Shown in pieces: positions 10,243 to 20,229 of a stretch of 64,000 bases of DNA. The notes below the pieces were generated by a model that saw only the letters and a list, made by a program, of their open reading frames with translations, was not told where the DNA came from and did no database searches. Origin of the DNA: Bacteroidota bacterium (GTDB lineage: Bacteria; Bacteroidota; Bacteroidia; Palsa-965). The stretch spans positions 73,314-137,313 of the forward strand of contig JADBYT010000021.1 in assembly GCA_020402865.1 (NCBI GenBank). Reading direction: 5' to 3'. Made by a program: the position numbers and the translations under genes. Position 1 is the stretch's first letter. Each line of letters begins with the position of its first letter.

Positions 10243-10602
10243 TCAGATTTCTTCGAGGGTAATCCGGGTTTTATCACCACCCGCATTACCGGTGTTCATG
10301 GTTTCGGCCGGTTCAAAGAGCATTACCGATACTTCTTCATCGGCCAGCGGGCAATGCTCCACTCCGCGCGGCACTACAATCATTTCGCCTTCATGAAGCT
10401 GCACATTTTTATCGCGGAACTGCATGGTAAAACTTCCCTTCACCACATAAAACAACTCATCTTCATGTGTGTGTGAATGCCATACAAACTCACCTTTAAA
10501 TTTCACCAGCCGCACCTGCTGTCCGTTGAGAGAGGCTACTACGCGCGGGTTCCAGTGGTCGGTGAATTGGGTGAGTTTATCGGTGAGGTTTATTTTTTGC
10601 AT
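10243..10602 (-). CDS. Cupin domain protein
   Basis: 119 aa with cupin motifs (HSHTHEDELFYVVKG ... VVPRGVEH). Confidence 0.8.
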   Translation of the reverse strand: MQKINLTDKLTQFTDHWNPRVVASLNGQQVRLVKFKGEFVWHSHTHEDELFYVVKGSFTMQFRDKNVQLHEGEMIVVPRGVEHCPLADEEVSVMLFEPAETMNTGNAGGDKTRITLEEI

Positions 10603-10748
10603 GGAGTGAAGATAAATGAATTGACCGGAATAATAGGTGTAATTAAGAATCCGGGAGATTTAAAATGCTTACTCAAACACTAGCAAATTAATACATTTAC
10701 ACTATGAATGTAACCCTTGTTTGCCCTTAAGCTCATTCGTCAATCGCC

Positions 10749-12197
10749 ATGAATAAAATACAGTCTAATTGTGCGCTGTTCGTGCAGCTTTTACTCGTGC
10801 TGATACCACTTTCCGCATTTTCGCAGATAGATCCCCCCAAAGCAACTGTAACCTGGTTCGACGGAAGTACTTTTAAACAACGCGAGTCCGACATCGTAAA
10901 ATATACGCTAACCGATTCTTTCTTTTTACGAAGCAGATATAATATCCAATTAAAAAGCGACAGTATTATTTTTCAAGGAAAAAAATACCTCAATACCAGT
11001 AAATTCAATCACTACCTGAATTTCGACAGGTTTGACAGCAGTACAAAAACTTCACAACGTATTTCCTCATTCCCGCTAAACGATACACTAAAGTTAAACA
11101 GGGTAACCTTTAGTAAAAACGGAAGCTATTGTTTGGTTGCCCAATACGATTCCTATGCTGCCAGGCCTGACAAGAATCAGGGTAAGATTATTTTTTATGT
11201 TTTTGCTAAAGGCCAGTTAATTTCCACAATAAATGCAATTTATAAAGGCAGATCTTTATCAGATTATTCAATTAATAACATTGGAACAGTATTACTGATT
11301 ACTTCCAACTTTCAGGAAATTGAACTGCAAACTCCAATAAGTAAAACAAAAACAAGCGGTGCGTATAGCGAACTCATACTGATTCATGCAAACGGGCAAA
11401 TTATCCGCCAGGAGAAATTTAAAACGGATACCACATATAAATTATCAACAATCTATAATACACGCGGAACGGGCTATATGCTGGAGTTTCTGAAAGACAG
11501 AAATACATTACCAAAGGCGCAGTATAAACATTCACTGGACGAATATGAGACCTTTAATTATAAACTCATTTATATTGATCAATCAGGTGAAGTAAGATGG
11601 AATAAAAATTTTTTAATAAAGGGGATGGGGCATTTCAGCGATGATGTGGTTGAAATTAATCATGATCTTATTTTCAGGATAAGTCTGCAATCAACCTTTC
11701 AGGAACCCAAAATTATCTGTGACCAGAAAGAAATACACTATCCCTATAGCAAAAATAGTCCGTTTCTAATTCAAACAATTCTGCTGCATACTGATTCAAC
11801 AGGAAAATTAGTGTGGTATGGTCAGCTTCAAACAGACAGTTTGTTTACAGCTCCTAGTCGCATGGCAGGCAATATGAATTCAACAACGATCGACGTGCTA
11901 TCCATTCAATGGCCAGATACTGTAAACGGTAAGAACCTGTTGGATTGTATTAACTTAACCCGGTTAATTCTTACACGTATTGATTTAACCACACATCAGC
12001 TTTCCACGTTTGTAATCATGGAAAATAGTCGGTTTATATCGGTTGTAGATTTTCAGATATTAACGGAAAATAAATTTTTGATTACGGCCAGATTTAAAGA
12101 ACCACCCGGTGGACAATCAATAATTACGAAGGATAAAATGCAACCGGGATATTCTGCACAGCTAACTGGTGTATTTACGCCGGATCAGAAAAAATGA
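10749..12197 (+). CDS. Hypothetical secreted protein (AT-rich gene)
   Basis: 482-aa uninterrupted ORF with a signal-peptide-like N-terminus. Asn/Ile/Lys/Thr-rich and clearly lower GC than the flanks. Confidence 0.6.
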   Translation: MNKIQSNCALFVQLLLVLIPLSAFSQIDPPKATVTWFDGSTFKQRESDIVKYTLTDSFFLRSRYNIQLKSDSIIFQGKKYLNTSKFNHYLNFDRFDSSTKTSQRISSFPLNDTLKLNRVTFSKNGSYCLVAQYDSYAARPDKNQGKIIFYVFAKGQLISTINAIYKGRSLSDYSINNIGTVLLITSNFQEIELQTPISKTKTSGAYSELILIHANGQIIRQEKFKTDTTYKLSTIYNTRGTGYMLEFLKDRNTLPKAQYKHSLDEYETFNYKLIYIDQSGEVRWNKNFLIKGMGHFSDDVVEINHDLIFRISLQSTFQEPKIICDQKEIHYPYSKNSPFLIQTILLHTDSTGKLVWYGQLQTDSLFTAPSRMAGNMNSTTIDVLSIQWPDTVNGKNLLDCINLTRLILTRIDLTTHQLSTFVIMENSRFISVVDFQILTENKFLITARFKEPPGGQSIITKDKMQPGYSAQLTGVFTPDQKK

Positions 12198-12294
12198 ATA
12201 AATCCTTTGTGATTAAAATATCGGCTGTTGCTGGCTTTGGCAGCCGCAATTGATTTAATTCACCGATCTTTATACATCATCTGTACAATCAGCC

Positions 12295-14433
12295 ATGAAA
12301 CAACTATACGCCTTCCTGTTTCTCTCCTTTACATTTTCATTTGCGGCCAATGCACAAACAAATGTGCCATTAAATGTACTGATGCTTGCTCAAAAGCAGC
12401 CGCAAGGCTCGTCCATCGGCCTGCTGGTAAAAGGTGATGCGGCACAGGTTTCAGCCGCTGTGAAAAAGCATGGCGGGCGCATGCGGCAAAGCACAGGACA
12501 AATCAGCTCGGTGGAGTTGCCGGTGGCTGCATTGCGGGCATTTGCCGCTGAACCGGGCATTCTGGAAATTGGTCATGCGCCGGTGGCGCTGCAGCTTTTG
12601 AATGATACCATGCGCACACAATCGCACGTGGATGAAGTACACAATGGCCTTGCGCCGCTAACACAGGGCTTTACCGGCCGCAATGTGGTAATGGGCATTA
12701 TGGACTCAGGCATCGACTTTAACCATCCCGATTTTAAAGACAGCCTCGGCAATACGCGCATTTATGCCCTGTGGGATCAGCGCGACAATACCGGCCCCGG
12801 CCCTGCGCCTTACAACTACGGCACATTGTGGACACAGGCACAGATAAACGGCGGCAACTGCACGCACAACGATTTGCAGTATTACGGCCACGGCACCCAC
12901 GTAAGCGGCATTGCTGCCGGAAACGGACGTGCTACTGCCGTTCGGAATTACTCAGGTGTTGCGCCTGATGCCGTGATTGTAGCCGTAGCCATTGACTTTA
13001 CAGGCGCCAACAGCCCCACGGCCATTGCCGATGCTACCGCGTGGATGTATGCACAGGCACAAACCCTCGGCCTGCCCTGCGTAATCAATGCCAGCCTTGG
13101 CGATTATTACGGCTCGCACGACGGGCAGGATTTGCAGGCGCAGCTGATGGACAATTTAATTACGGCGCAAACAGGCCGCGTGTTTGTGGGCGCAGCAGGC
13201 AACGCCGGCGATCTGGACATACACCTCTCCTACCCGCTCAGCGCCGATACTGCGCTGACGTGGTTTACCGTGGGCAGCGGCAATATTTACATGCAGTTGT
13301 GGATGGATACTGCCGCTGCAGCCAATGCGCATTTTGCCGTAGGCACCACCAACACCACTTCGTGGACCGACAGAGGCCGCACGCCGTTTACCACCATTGC
13401 ACAAAACCTGAGTGGCATTGGCACCGACACGGTGTTTAACGCGCAGGGCCAGCGGCTGGGCATTGTACAACGCGCAGGCACCGTACAGGGCAGCGCCTAT
13501 TCAATGGAATTTCTGGTGCAGCCCGATTCGCTCAACGGCTACGGCTGGAGCCTCGAAGCCACGGGCAGCGGTGTGTTTCACAGCTGGAGCTTTGATTTTG
13601 TGCCCAATGCCTCGCTTCCTTCGCAGGCCGTTTATCCACGCATGAGCGAGTACCGTATGCCCGACCGCATCAGCACATTAGTGAGCAGCTTTCAGTGCTC
13701 CGACAAAGTAATTACCGTAGGCAACTACGTAAACCGCAGCCGCTGGCCCGATGTAAACAACGTGTGGCAAACCGACGCCAGCGTAACTGCCGGCGATATT
13801 ATGAGCAACAGCAGCCGCGGCCCCACACGCACAGGCCGTACCAAGCCCGAAATTGCCGCGCCGGGTGCAAACAACTTTTCGTGCGCGGTAATCAGCACCC
13901 TGCCCAATTTTATTACCAATGCACCGCAGGTGGTGGCGCAGGGCGGCTATCATATTCAGGGTGGCGGCACATCAGCAGCATCGCCGGTGGTGGCGGGCGC
14001 AGCGGCACTGTGCCTGCAACACACGCCCGGTGCCGACTGGCTGCAAGTGCGCAATGCACTGCTTTACTGCACCCGCAACGACAGCTTTACCGGCCCCGTA
14101 GCCGCTGCACCCGATAATACCTGGGGCTACGGAAAGCTGGATGCATTTTCAGCACTCACCAATTGCTTCCTCACCACCACCGGCCCCGAACAACCGGCCG
14201 GAGCACAGGGCAATGTGTATCCAAACCCGGCCGCAGCCGGACTGGCCGTTACGCTTCAGCTGCCGCAACCGGCCACACAAATTGAAGTATTCAATATGCT
14301 GGGCGAAATTGTACTTGCACAAACCATTGCGGCCAGCGGGAATACGGTAACTTTGCATACCGAAAAGCTGCCGCCCGGCTTATATCTGCTCCGCACAACG
14401 GCGGGCAACGTGATGCGGCTTGTGATTCGCTGA
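12295..14433 (+). CDS. S8 (subtilisin-family) serine peptidase with T9SS C-terminal sorting domain
   Basis: Catalytic triad contexts GIMDSGID, HGTHVSGIAAG and GGTSAASPVVAG. Signal peptide present. C-terminus VYPNPAA...LYLLRTT...VIR is typical of Por/T9SS CTDs. Confidence 0.9.
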   Translation: MKQLYAFLFLSFTFSFAANAQTNVPLNVLMLAQKQPQGSSIGLLVKGDAAQVSAAVKKHGGRMRQSTGQISSVELPVAALRAFAAEPGILEIGHAPVALQLLNDTMRTQSHVDEVHNGLAPLTQGFTGRNVVMGIMDSGIDFNHPDFKDSLGNTRIYALWDQRDNTGPGPAPYNYGTLWTQAQINGGNCTHNDLQYYGHGTHVSGIAAGNGRATAVRNYSGVAPDAVIVAVAIDFTGANSPTAIADATAWMYAQAQTLGLPCVINASLGDYYGSHDGQDLQAQLMDNLITAQTGRVFVGAAGNAGDLDIHLSYPLSADTALTWFTVGSGNIYMQLWMDTAAAANAHFAVGTTNTTSWTDRGRTPFTTIAQNLSGIGTDTVFNAQGQRLGIVQRAGTVQGSAYSMEFLVQPDSLNGYGWSLEATGSGVFHSWSFDFVPNASLPSQAVYPRMSEYRMPDRISTLVSSFQCSDKVITVGNYVNRSRWPDVNNVWQTDASVTAGDIMSNSSRGPTRTGRTKPEIAAPGANNFSCAVISTLPNFITNAPQVVAQGGYHIQGGGTSAASPVVAGAAALCLQHTPGADWLQVRNALLYCTRNDSFTGPVAAAPDNTWGYGKLDAFSALTNCFLTTTGPEQPAGAQGNVYPNPAAAGLAVTLQLPQPATQIEVFNMLGEIVLAQTIAASGNTVTLHTEKLPPGLYLLRTTAGNVMRLVIR

Positions 14434-14442
14434 CAGAACTGT

Positions 14443-14700
14443 ATGCTACGTTATATGAAACCGTTTGGCTGGGTTGTGCTTTTGTTTGGCGCACTTACAG
14501 CCGGGTTTTCCACACTTCCGGGGGTACTCGGATTTCTTGCCCTGCCAATGATGCTAATGGGCATGGGGCTTTCTACTATTTACCTTATGCTGAGCACACG
14601 TTACCGCGTGGAGCACGGATACATACACCCCGGCTACATTGGTCTGCTGCTGAGTTCGGTGCCGTTGCTGCTGATTATTTTGTTTAAACTCATCAACTAA
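14443..14700 (+). CDS. Small hypothetical membrane protein
   Basis: 85 aa with three hydrophobic helices. Its stop overlaps the next gene's start. Confidence 0.45.
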   Translation: MLRYMKPFGWVVLLFGALTAGFSTLPGVLGFLALPMMLMGMGLSTIYLMLSTRYRVEHGYIHPGYIGLLLSSVPLLLIILFKLIN

Positions 14701-15581
14701 TGGAAACCGCCGCTCCCCGCACACAGGTATCCAACTACCTTTCACTGGTTACATTCAGCCATACCATTTTTGCGCTGCCGTTTGCCATAATCGGCTTTCT
14801 GCTGGCAGTACGGTTTGGGGATTATACGTTTTCGTGGAAACTGTTTTTGCTGGTGCTGGGCTGCATGGTAAGTGCACGCAGCGCCGCCATGGCGTTTAAC
14901 CGCTACATCGACCGCGATATTGATGCAAAGAATGCACGCACCGCCACGCGCGAAATTCCGGCCGGCATCATCACGCCCAAAAATGCGTTGTGGTTTGTTA
15001 TACTCACCTCGCTTGCCTTTGTGGCCTGCACGTGGTTTATCAACCGGCTTTGCTTTTATCTTTCGCCGGTGGCGCTGGCGGTAATTCTGGGCTACAGCTT
15101 AACCAAACGTTTTACGGCACTGTGTCATCTGGTGCTGGGCGTGGGGCTGGCGCTGGCGCCCATTGGTGCGTGGCTGGCCGTTACCGGCGTGTTTGCCTGG
15201 CTGCCGCTGCTGTTTTCGTTTGCGGTGCTGTGCTGGGTGAGCGGGTTTGATATGATTTATGCGTTGCAGGACGAATCGTTTGACCGCGAAAACAAGTTGA
15301 ATTCAATGCCGGTTTTGCTGGGTAAAAAGGGGGCGCTTCGTTTGTCGGAAGTGCTGCATGTGTTTGCGGCAGTGTTTATCTGGCTGCCGGTTTATACACA
15401 CAGTTTTGGTGTATGGTACTGCATCGGCGCATCGGTGTTCAGCGGTTTGCTGGTGTATCAGCACACGCTTGTAAAGCCCGATGATCTGAGTAAGGTGAAC
15501 CGTGCTTTTTTTACAACCAATGGCATAGCCAGCGTGGTGTTTGCGGTGTTTGTGGTGCTGGAATTGTTTTTCCCGCTGTAA
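14700..15581 (+). CDS. UbiA-family polyprenyltransferase
   Basis: Asp-rich motif NRYIDRDIDAKNARTATREIP, a second motif region YALQDESFD, and about 8 TM helices. Confidence 0.85.
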   Translation: METAAPRTQVSNYLSLVTFSHTIFALPFAIIGFLLAVRFGDYTFSWKLFLLVLGCMVSARSAAMAFNRYIDRDIDAKNARTATREIPAGIITPKNALWFVILTSLAFVACTWFINRLCFYLSPVALAVILGYSLTKRFTALCHLVLGVGLALAPIGAWLAVTGVFAWLPLLFSFAVLCWVSGFDMIYALQDESFDRENKLNSMPVLLGKKGALRLSEVLHVFAAVFIWLPVYTHSFGVWYCIGASVFSGLLVYQHTLVKPDDLSKVNRAFFTTNGIASVVFAVFVVLELFFPL

Positions 15582-15582
15582 A

Positions 15583-16260
15583 ATGAACGCGGTGAAACGA
15601 TTTTTCGGCTGGTTCATTGCCACGCGACTGCGGCGCTGGGCTTTCATTTGGCTGCCGCTGTGTGGCGTGCTGCTGGTAGTAAGTTGTCATTTATGGATAC
15701 AGCGCAGCACGCAGGCACAAATTTACAGCGAGGTAAATGCTGTTCCGGCGCATGACGTGGCGCTGGTGCTGGGAGCCAATCCGCTTGCGCGCACGGGCCG
15801 CACCAATCTGTATTTTCTTTATCGGATGGAAGCGGCGGCGGCGCTTTACAAAGCCGGTAAAGTGAAGCACATTATTGTTAGCGGCGATAATCACATTGCC
15901 ACTTACGATGAATCTACAGCGATGAAACTGGCGCTTACTTCGCTTGGCGTGCCCGATTCGTGCATCACGCTCGACTTTGCCGGTTTCCGCACGCTCGACT
16001 CGGTGGTGCGTTGCAAAACAGTATTCGGCCAAAGCAGTGTGATTATTGTTTCGCAGCAGTTTCACAATGAGCGTGCCCTGTTTATTGCCAATCGTCGTGG
16101 CCTTAGCGCCGTGGCATTTAACGCAAAAGACGTGCCCGGTGCCTACTCCCGCCGTACACAGCTCCGCGAGTATCTTGCCCGCGTAAGCGCAGTGTTTGAT
16201 GTGGTGCTGCTCAACCGCCAACCGAAATTTGGCGGCCCGCCGGAGCCCATCAAACTTTGA
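15583..16260 (+). CDS. SanA/YdcF (DUF218) family protein
   Basis: N-terminal TM helix followed by DUF218-like VSGDNHIATYDES...LDFAGFRTLDSV...IVSQQFHNERALFIA. ATG at 15583. Confidence 0.8.
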   Translation: MNAVKRFFGWFIATRLRRWAFIWLPLCGVLLVVSCHLWIQRSTQAQIYSEVNAVPAHDVALVLGANPLARTGRTNLYFLYRMEAAAALYKAGKVKHIIVSGDNHIATYDESTAMKLALTSLGVPDSCITLDFAGFRTLDSVVRCKTVFGQSSVIIVSQQFHNERALFIANRRGLSAVAFNAKDVPGAYSRRTQLREYLARVSAVFDVVLLNRQPKFGGPPEPIKL

Positions 16261-16269
16261 TCTCACATC

Positions 16270-16380
16270 CTCCCGGTTTTCACAAGAAAACCCAAACCCA
16301 AGGTTTTCACCCAAAAACCAAAACCAGGGTTTCCACAAGAAAACCCAGACTCCACGGTTTCCGCAAGGAAACCGAAAAAC
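16270..16380. repeat. Four tandem mini-hairpins (about 27-bp degenerate repeat) in a convergent intergenic region
   Basis: GGTTTTC-ACAA-GAAAACC, GGTTTT-CACCCA-AAAACC, GGGTTTCC-ACAA-GAAAACCC (one mismatch) and GGTTTCC-GCAA-GGAAACC, spaced about 27 nt apart. Confidence 0.7.
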
Positions 16381-16447
16381 AAGCCCCAAGCCCCATGAAA
16401 AACATGCAAACCCCCAAAGCCCGCACCGTGCCCCCATGCGCCCACAA

Positions 16448-17182
16448 CTACAAATCAGCTCTCACCATCTTCATTTTCACCTTCTTTCCTTTCACAATTT
16501 CCTGATGCACCAGCTGCCGGTCTGATTTACGGATATAATATACCGAAGCCAGTCCGGGCGAAATATCATCCGTTACTACCACACGCCATACCTCATACTT
16601 GTTGTTTTTTCCCGAGGTAAACACCTGCGATTTCACCTCGGCAATATGCATTTGCATGATGCCTGATTTTTTGTCGGGGTCATAGTTATAAATGGTAATG
16701 TCTTTTTTGAGCCCGTCTTCAAGCTTCACCCAGCGCACAAGATGTGTATATAAATTACTGTCGAAATAAGCTGCTGAAACAGTATCGCGGATTTCTTTGC
16801 GTTCGTTTTTTTTCAGGTTGATATAATGCCCGGTAATAATTGGATTGAAGTTGAGTACCATTTCGCGCTGCGCATTCACTGAGCTATGCCGTATCGGTTT
16901 AAGTGTGGCCGAATCGGCAATGGTTGAGTCAATCCACAATCTGTCTGAATTGCGCATACGCATGGTTGACACGACATAGAGTTTTCCGTTTGCAAACCGT
17001 ACCGAATCTGTCATAAGTCCGATCGGAATTTCCTTTTTCCCCACCATCATGAACCACGATGTTTCGTAGCGCACAGGTTTAATTGTGTGCATATCAATGT
17101 ATGAACTGCCCGGCACCAGCGGCTGTTCGGCAAGTGCAAATCCAAGCGGCACCACGCAAATTGCAATCAGAAGTTTTTTCAT
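16448..17182 (-). CDS. Hypothetical secreted protein
   Basis: 244 aa with signal peptide MKKLLIAICVVPLGFALA. Confidence 0.6.
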   Translation of the reverse strand: MKKLLIAICVVPLGFALAEQPLVPGSSYIDMHTIKPVRYETSWFMMVGKKEIPIGLMTDSVRFANGKLYVVSTMRMRNSDRLWIDSTIADSATLKPIRHSSVNAQREMVLNFNPIITGHYINLKKNERKEIRDTVSAAYFDSNLYTHLVRWVKLEDGLKKDITIYNYDPDKKSGIMQMHIAEVKSQVFTSGKNNKYEVWRVVVTDDISPGLASVYYIRKSDRQLVHQEIVKGKKVKMKMVRADL

Positions 17183-17333
17183 TCGCTCCTATTTTCCGGC
17201 AATGGTACAACGATGTGTTAAGCAGTTGATTTAAAATTATGCCAACGAAACAGATTTTATACCAATGGCGATGATATAATTGCCTGCCGCAGGCTGTTGA
17301 ATTTTGTACTTTTATAGATGCAGTTATACATGC

Positions 17334-18299
17334 ATGATACGAATACTGAGAAGCCTTTTTTTGCGCAATGCCCTGCTGCTGCTATTTATAGAGGCCTGTA
17401 TTTTCATATCACTTCTGCTTAGCCGTCCATTGTCTTATATTCTTGTTCCGCTGCTATTTATGGCGGTAACTTATGGCGTTGTTTTTCTATTCAATCATTT
17501 TGCCGTCCGTCTTTTGTTGCTGCGAAAAAAGCTGGCCATATTTGGCACCACCTTGTTGCTGTATCTTATTGCAGTTTCGTTTCTGCTCTGGGGCGGTATG
17601 GAGGGCTTTAAGGAAGGTCAGTGGTTGTGGGCATTTGTGAATTGCCTGCTTGTGCAACTGACCGGTAGCGGCTTGTATTTTATTTTTCTGTGGGTAAAAG
17701 ACAACTACATCCGCACCGGCGAACAACTCCGGCAGAAACAGGATGAGTTGCATTTGCTGCATCTGCAAATGAATCCGCATTTTCTGATGAATGCGTTGAA
17801 CAACCTGTATGGCATATCGCTATCTGCGCCTGATCAGGTGCCCGGTAAAATTGTGGAGTTGTCGGAGCTGCTGCGCTATCAGGTAAATGCTACACGCCGT
17901 GAGCGGGTGAAGCTGGACGAGGAAATTGAATTTCTTGAAAAGTTTATTGCGCACCAGCAATGGAAAAGCCGGCAATTACGTGGAGGTTTGCGTACCACGG
18001 GCATAAGAGAAAGCGTGGAAATACCGCCGTTGCTGGGTTTGCCGCTGCTTGAAAACGCCATTAAGTTTGCGCTCGAAACGCCTGAGCCGTATTTTGAAAT
18101 AGCGATCGATTACCGCAGCGGCGTTTTTACTGTTTCGCTTACAAACAGTTGTCTGGCACCTGCACAGCGTAAAAACGGTACCGGGCTTGGCCTTGTAAAC
18201 CTGAAGCAGCGCCTGCAGCTGAGTGGTTTGCGGCACGAATTAAGCAGCCACGAGAAAGAACCTTCGATGTATTTTACGGAGCTGAAGCTATGGATATAA
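17334..18299 (+). CDS. Sensor histidine kinase, LytS/YehU type
   Basis: N-terminal TM helices, the His_kinase motif LHLQMNPHFLMNALNNL, and a C-terminal ATPase region with GTGLGLVNL. First in-frame ATG is at 17334; the ORF track starts at a TTG at 17304. Confidence 0.85.
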   Translation: MIRILRSLFLRNALLLLFIEACIFISLLLSRPLSYILVPLLFMAVTYGVVFLFNHFAVRLLLLRKKLAIFGTTLLLYLIAVSFLLWGGMEGFKEGQWLWAFVNCLLVQLTGSGLYFIFLWVKDNYIRTGEQLRQKQDELHLLHLQMNPHFLMNALNNLYGISLSAPDQVPGKIVELSELLRYQVNATRRERVKLDEEIEFLEKFIAHQQWKSRQLRGGLRTTGIRESVEIPPLLGLPLLENAIKFALETPEPYFEIAIDYRSGVFTVSLTNSCLAPAQRKNGTGLGLVNLKQRLQLSGLRHELSSHEKEPSMYFTELKLWI

Positions 18300-18982
18300 A
18301 TTGCGCCTGCTTAATTGCCGATGATGAAGCACCAGCGCATCTGGTAATCGAATCGCATCTGGCGCAGGTGCCGGGGTTTTACTGTGCCGGCCATGCCTGC
18401 AACGGTGCCGAAGCACTGGCGGAAATGGCTTCGGGCCGCTACGGGCTGGTGTTTCTGGATATAGAAATGCCGGTAATTTCAGGACTTGATTTGTTACGCA
18501 ATCTGCCGCACCGTCCGGCTGTAATCATTACCACGGCCTACGAAAATTTTGCCTTTGAGTCGTACCAGCTTGATGTGGCTGATTATTTGCTGAAGCCCAT
18601 TTCGCTGCCGCGTTTCATTAAATCGCTTCAAAAAGCCAAACCGTTTATTCCGGTGCAGCAGTCAACAGAAGTGTTGCAGTTTCAGGTAAAAGGCGAAAAG
18701 GTACATATACGCCCTTCGGAATTGAGCCATGTGGAAAGTATGGGCAATTATATCCGGCTTTATTTCACTGCCGCCCGGTTGCCGCTTACCGTTTATGGCA
18801 GTTTACGCGATACAGCCCGGCAACTGGGCGGCAGTGGCTTTTTGCAAATTCATAAATCGTTTGTGATTAATACCGCGCTGGTGCAGCAGATTTCTGAAAA
18901 TTCGGTCATGCTGCAAAATCAGGTGATACTGCCCGTTGGACGCAAATACAAACTCCTGCTCGAACAACGCACCGCAAAATAA
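18290..18982 (+). CDS. LytTR-family response regulator
   Basis: Receiver domain (DDEAP...FLDIEMP...) and a C-terminal LytTR DNA-binding region (...IHKSFVIN...). Overlaps the end of the kinase gene. Confidence 0.9.
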   Translation: MDINCACLIADDEAPAHLVIESHLAQVPGFYCAGHACNGAEALAEMASGRYGLVFLDIEMPVISGLDLLRNLPHRPAVIITTAYENFAFESYQLDVADYLLKPISLPRFIKSLQKAKPFIPVQQSTEVLQFQVKGEKVHIRPSELSHVESMGNYIRLYFTAARLPLTVYGSLRDTARQLGGSGFLQIHKSFVINTALVQQISENSVMLQNQVILPVGRKYKLLLEQRTAK

Positions 18983-19034
18983 AATGGCTGCCCTGCCAAT
19001 GCAGAACAGCCATACATGCTTTGTATGCTTTTGA

Positions 19035-19781
19035 TTATTCTTTCTTTGCGCTCTTTTTGCGGAAACGCATATTGAGCAATTCCACAAGGAATGCAAAGGC
19101 CATGGAGCAATACACATAAGCCTTTTCCACATGCACATGCAAGGCATCGAGAATAAGCACCATACCAATCATAAGCAGAAACGCCAGCGCCAGCATTTTT
19201 ACCGTGGGGTGACGTTCCACAAATTCGGCCACCGGACGCGAAAAGAGCATCATAATTACGGTTGATGCAACTACCGCAAACACCATTACCGAAAGGTACT
19301 TACTGATGCCCACCGCAGTGAGGATAGAATCAAATGAAAACACGATATCAATAAGTACTATTTGCAAAATAACCTGACTGAATAATGCCTTGGCTTTGCT
19401 GCCTTTTTGTTCTTCATCCTCACCTGCCCCCTCCATTTTATTGTGAATTTCAGAGGTGGTTTTTACAAGCAGGAATACGCCGCCGGCAAACAAAATCAGG
19501 TCACGTCCGCTAAACCCTTCTCCGAATACGGTAAAGAGTTCTTTTTCCATTCCCATAATAAAGGAAATGAAGAAAAGAAGCACCACACGAACCACCATGG
19601 CTATGGCCAGACCCAGATTCCAGGCTTTACGCTGATCCTTGGCATTCAGCTTTCCGGCAATGATGGAAATGAAAATGATGTTGTCGATTCCCAGAACGGT
19701 TTCGAGCACAATTAAGGTAAGCAGGTTCATCCAGCCTTCGGCCCGGCCGAACACGGATAAAGATTCTAAAAACTGATCCAT
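19035..19781 (-). CDS. TerC-family integral membrane protein
   Basis: Start placed at MDQFLESL. TerC-like repeated motifs LGIDNIIFISI and SFDSILTAVG, with multiple TM helices. Confidence 0.85.
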   Translation of the reverse strand: MDQFLESLSVFGRAEGWMNLLTLIVLETVLGIDNIIFISIIAGKLNAKDQRKAWNLGLAIAMVVRVVLLFFISFIMGMEKELFTVFGEGFSGRDLILFAGGVFLLVKTTSEIHNKMEGAGEDEEQKGSKAKALFSQVILQIVLIDIVFSFDSILTAVGISKYLSVMVFAVVASTVIMMLFSRPVAEFVERHPTVKMLALAFLLMIGMVLILDALHVHVEKAYVYCSMAFAFLVELLNMRFRKKSAKKE

Positions 19782-19980
19782 TTCGTAGTATTTATTGAGG
19801 CGCACAAAAATAATCAGTTTTTCCCTTTCTCGATCTAAAAAATAATTCACTGATAATCAAACAATTGAAAATTATTTTAGTACTATGTCTTGCATAGTAC
19901 CTATCTATGGATATATCTTTGCTTCGTAAAGTTAAATGCTATACACGCATCCATATATAACAAGATAACACCGCATACCC

Positions 19981-20229
19981 ATGAAAACGCTATTACTCAG
20001 TTTGTTTCTGTTTCCGGGTGCCGATGTTCCCGCAGAGGTAAAAACAGAAAGCGCATTCCAGATAAAAAACCGGCATATTGAATTTACCCGCTATATACAG
20101 GCTGATTTACTTACGGTGAAAGAAACCGGAGGTAATTCAATTTGGGTAGCCCGCATTAACTGCTTTCGCCACGAGTATAAAGTGGTGGGCGAATTGAACA
20201 CATTACACATTAAAGCCAAACGCTCATGA
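19981..20229 (+). CDS. Small hypothetical protein
   Basis: 82-aa ORF whose stop overlaps the padR-like start (ATGA), suggesting translational coupling. No motif recognised. Confidence 0.4.
   Translation: MKTLLLSLFLFPGADVPAEVKTESAFQIKNRHIEFTRYIQADLLTVKETGGNSIWVARINCFRHEYKVVGELNTLHIKAKRS

Noticed and set aside
16196-16525. ORFs of 82-109 aa spanning the SanA-downstream intergenic region
   Set aside because: Their sequences (GFHKKTQTQGFHPKTKT...) are periodic translations of the mini-hairpin repeat and the C-rich tract. There is no start context or coding signal.
19782-19980. Mn2+ (yybP-ykoY) riboswitch upstream of the TerC-family gene
   Set aside because: TerC genes often carry this riboswitch. 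Reading the minus-strand leader, I could not find the conserved GGGGAGUAG-type or GAGAC-type blocks. Only an 8-bp palindrome is present.
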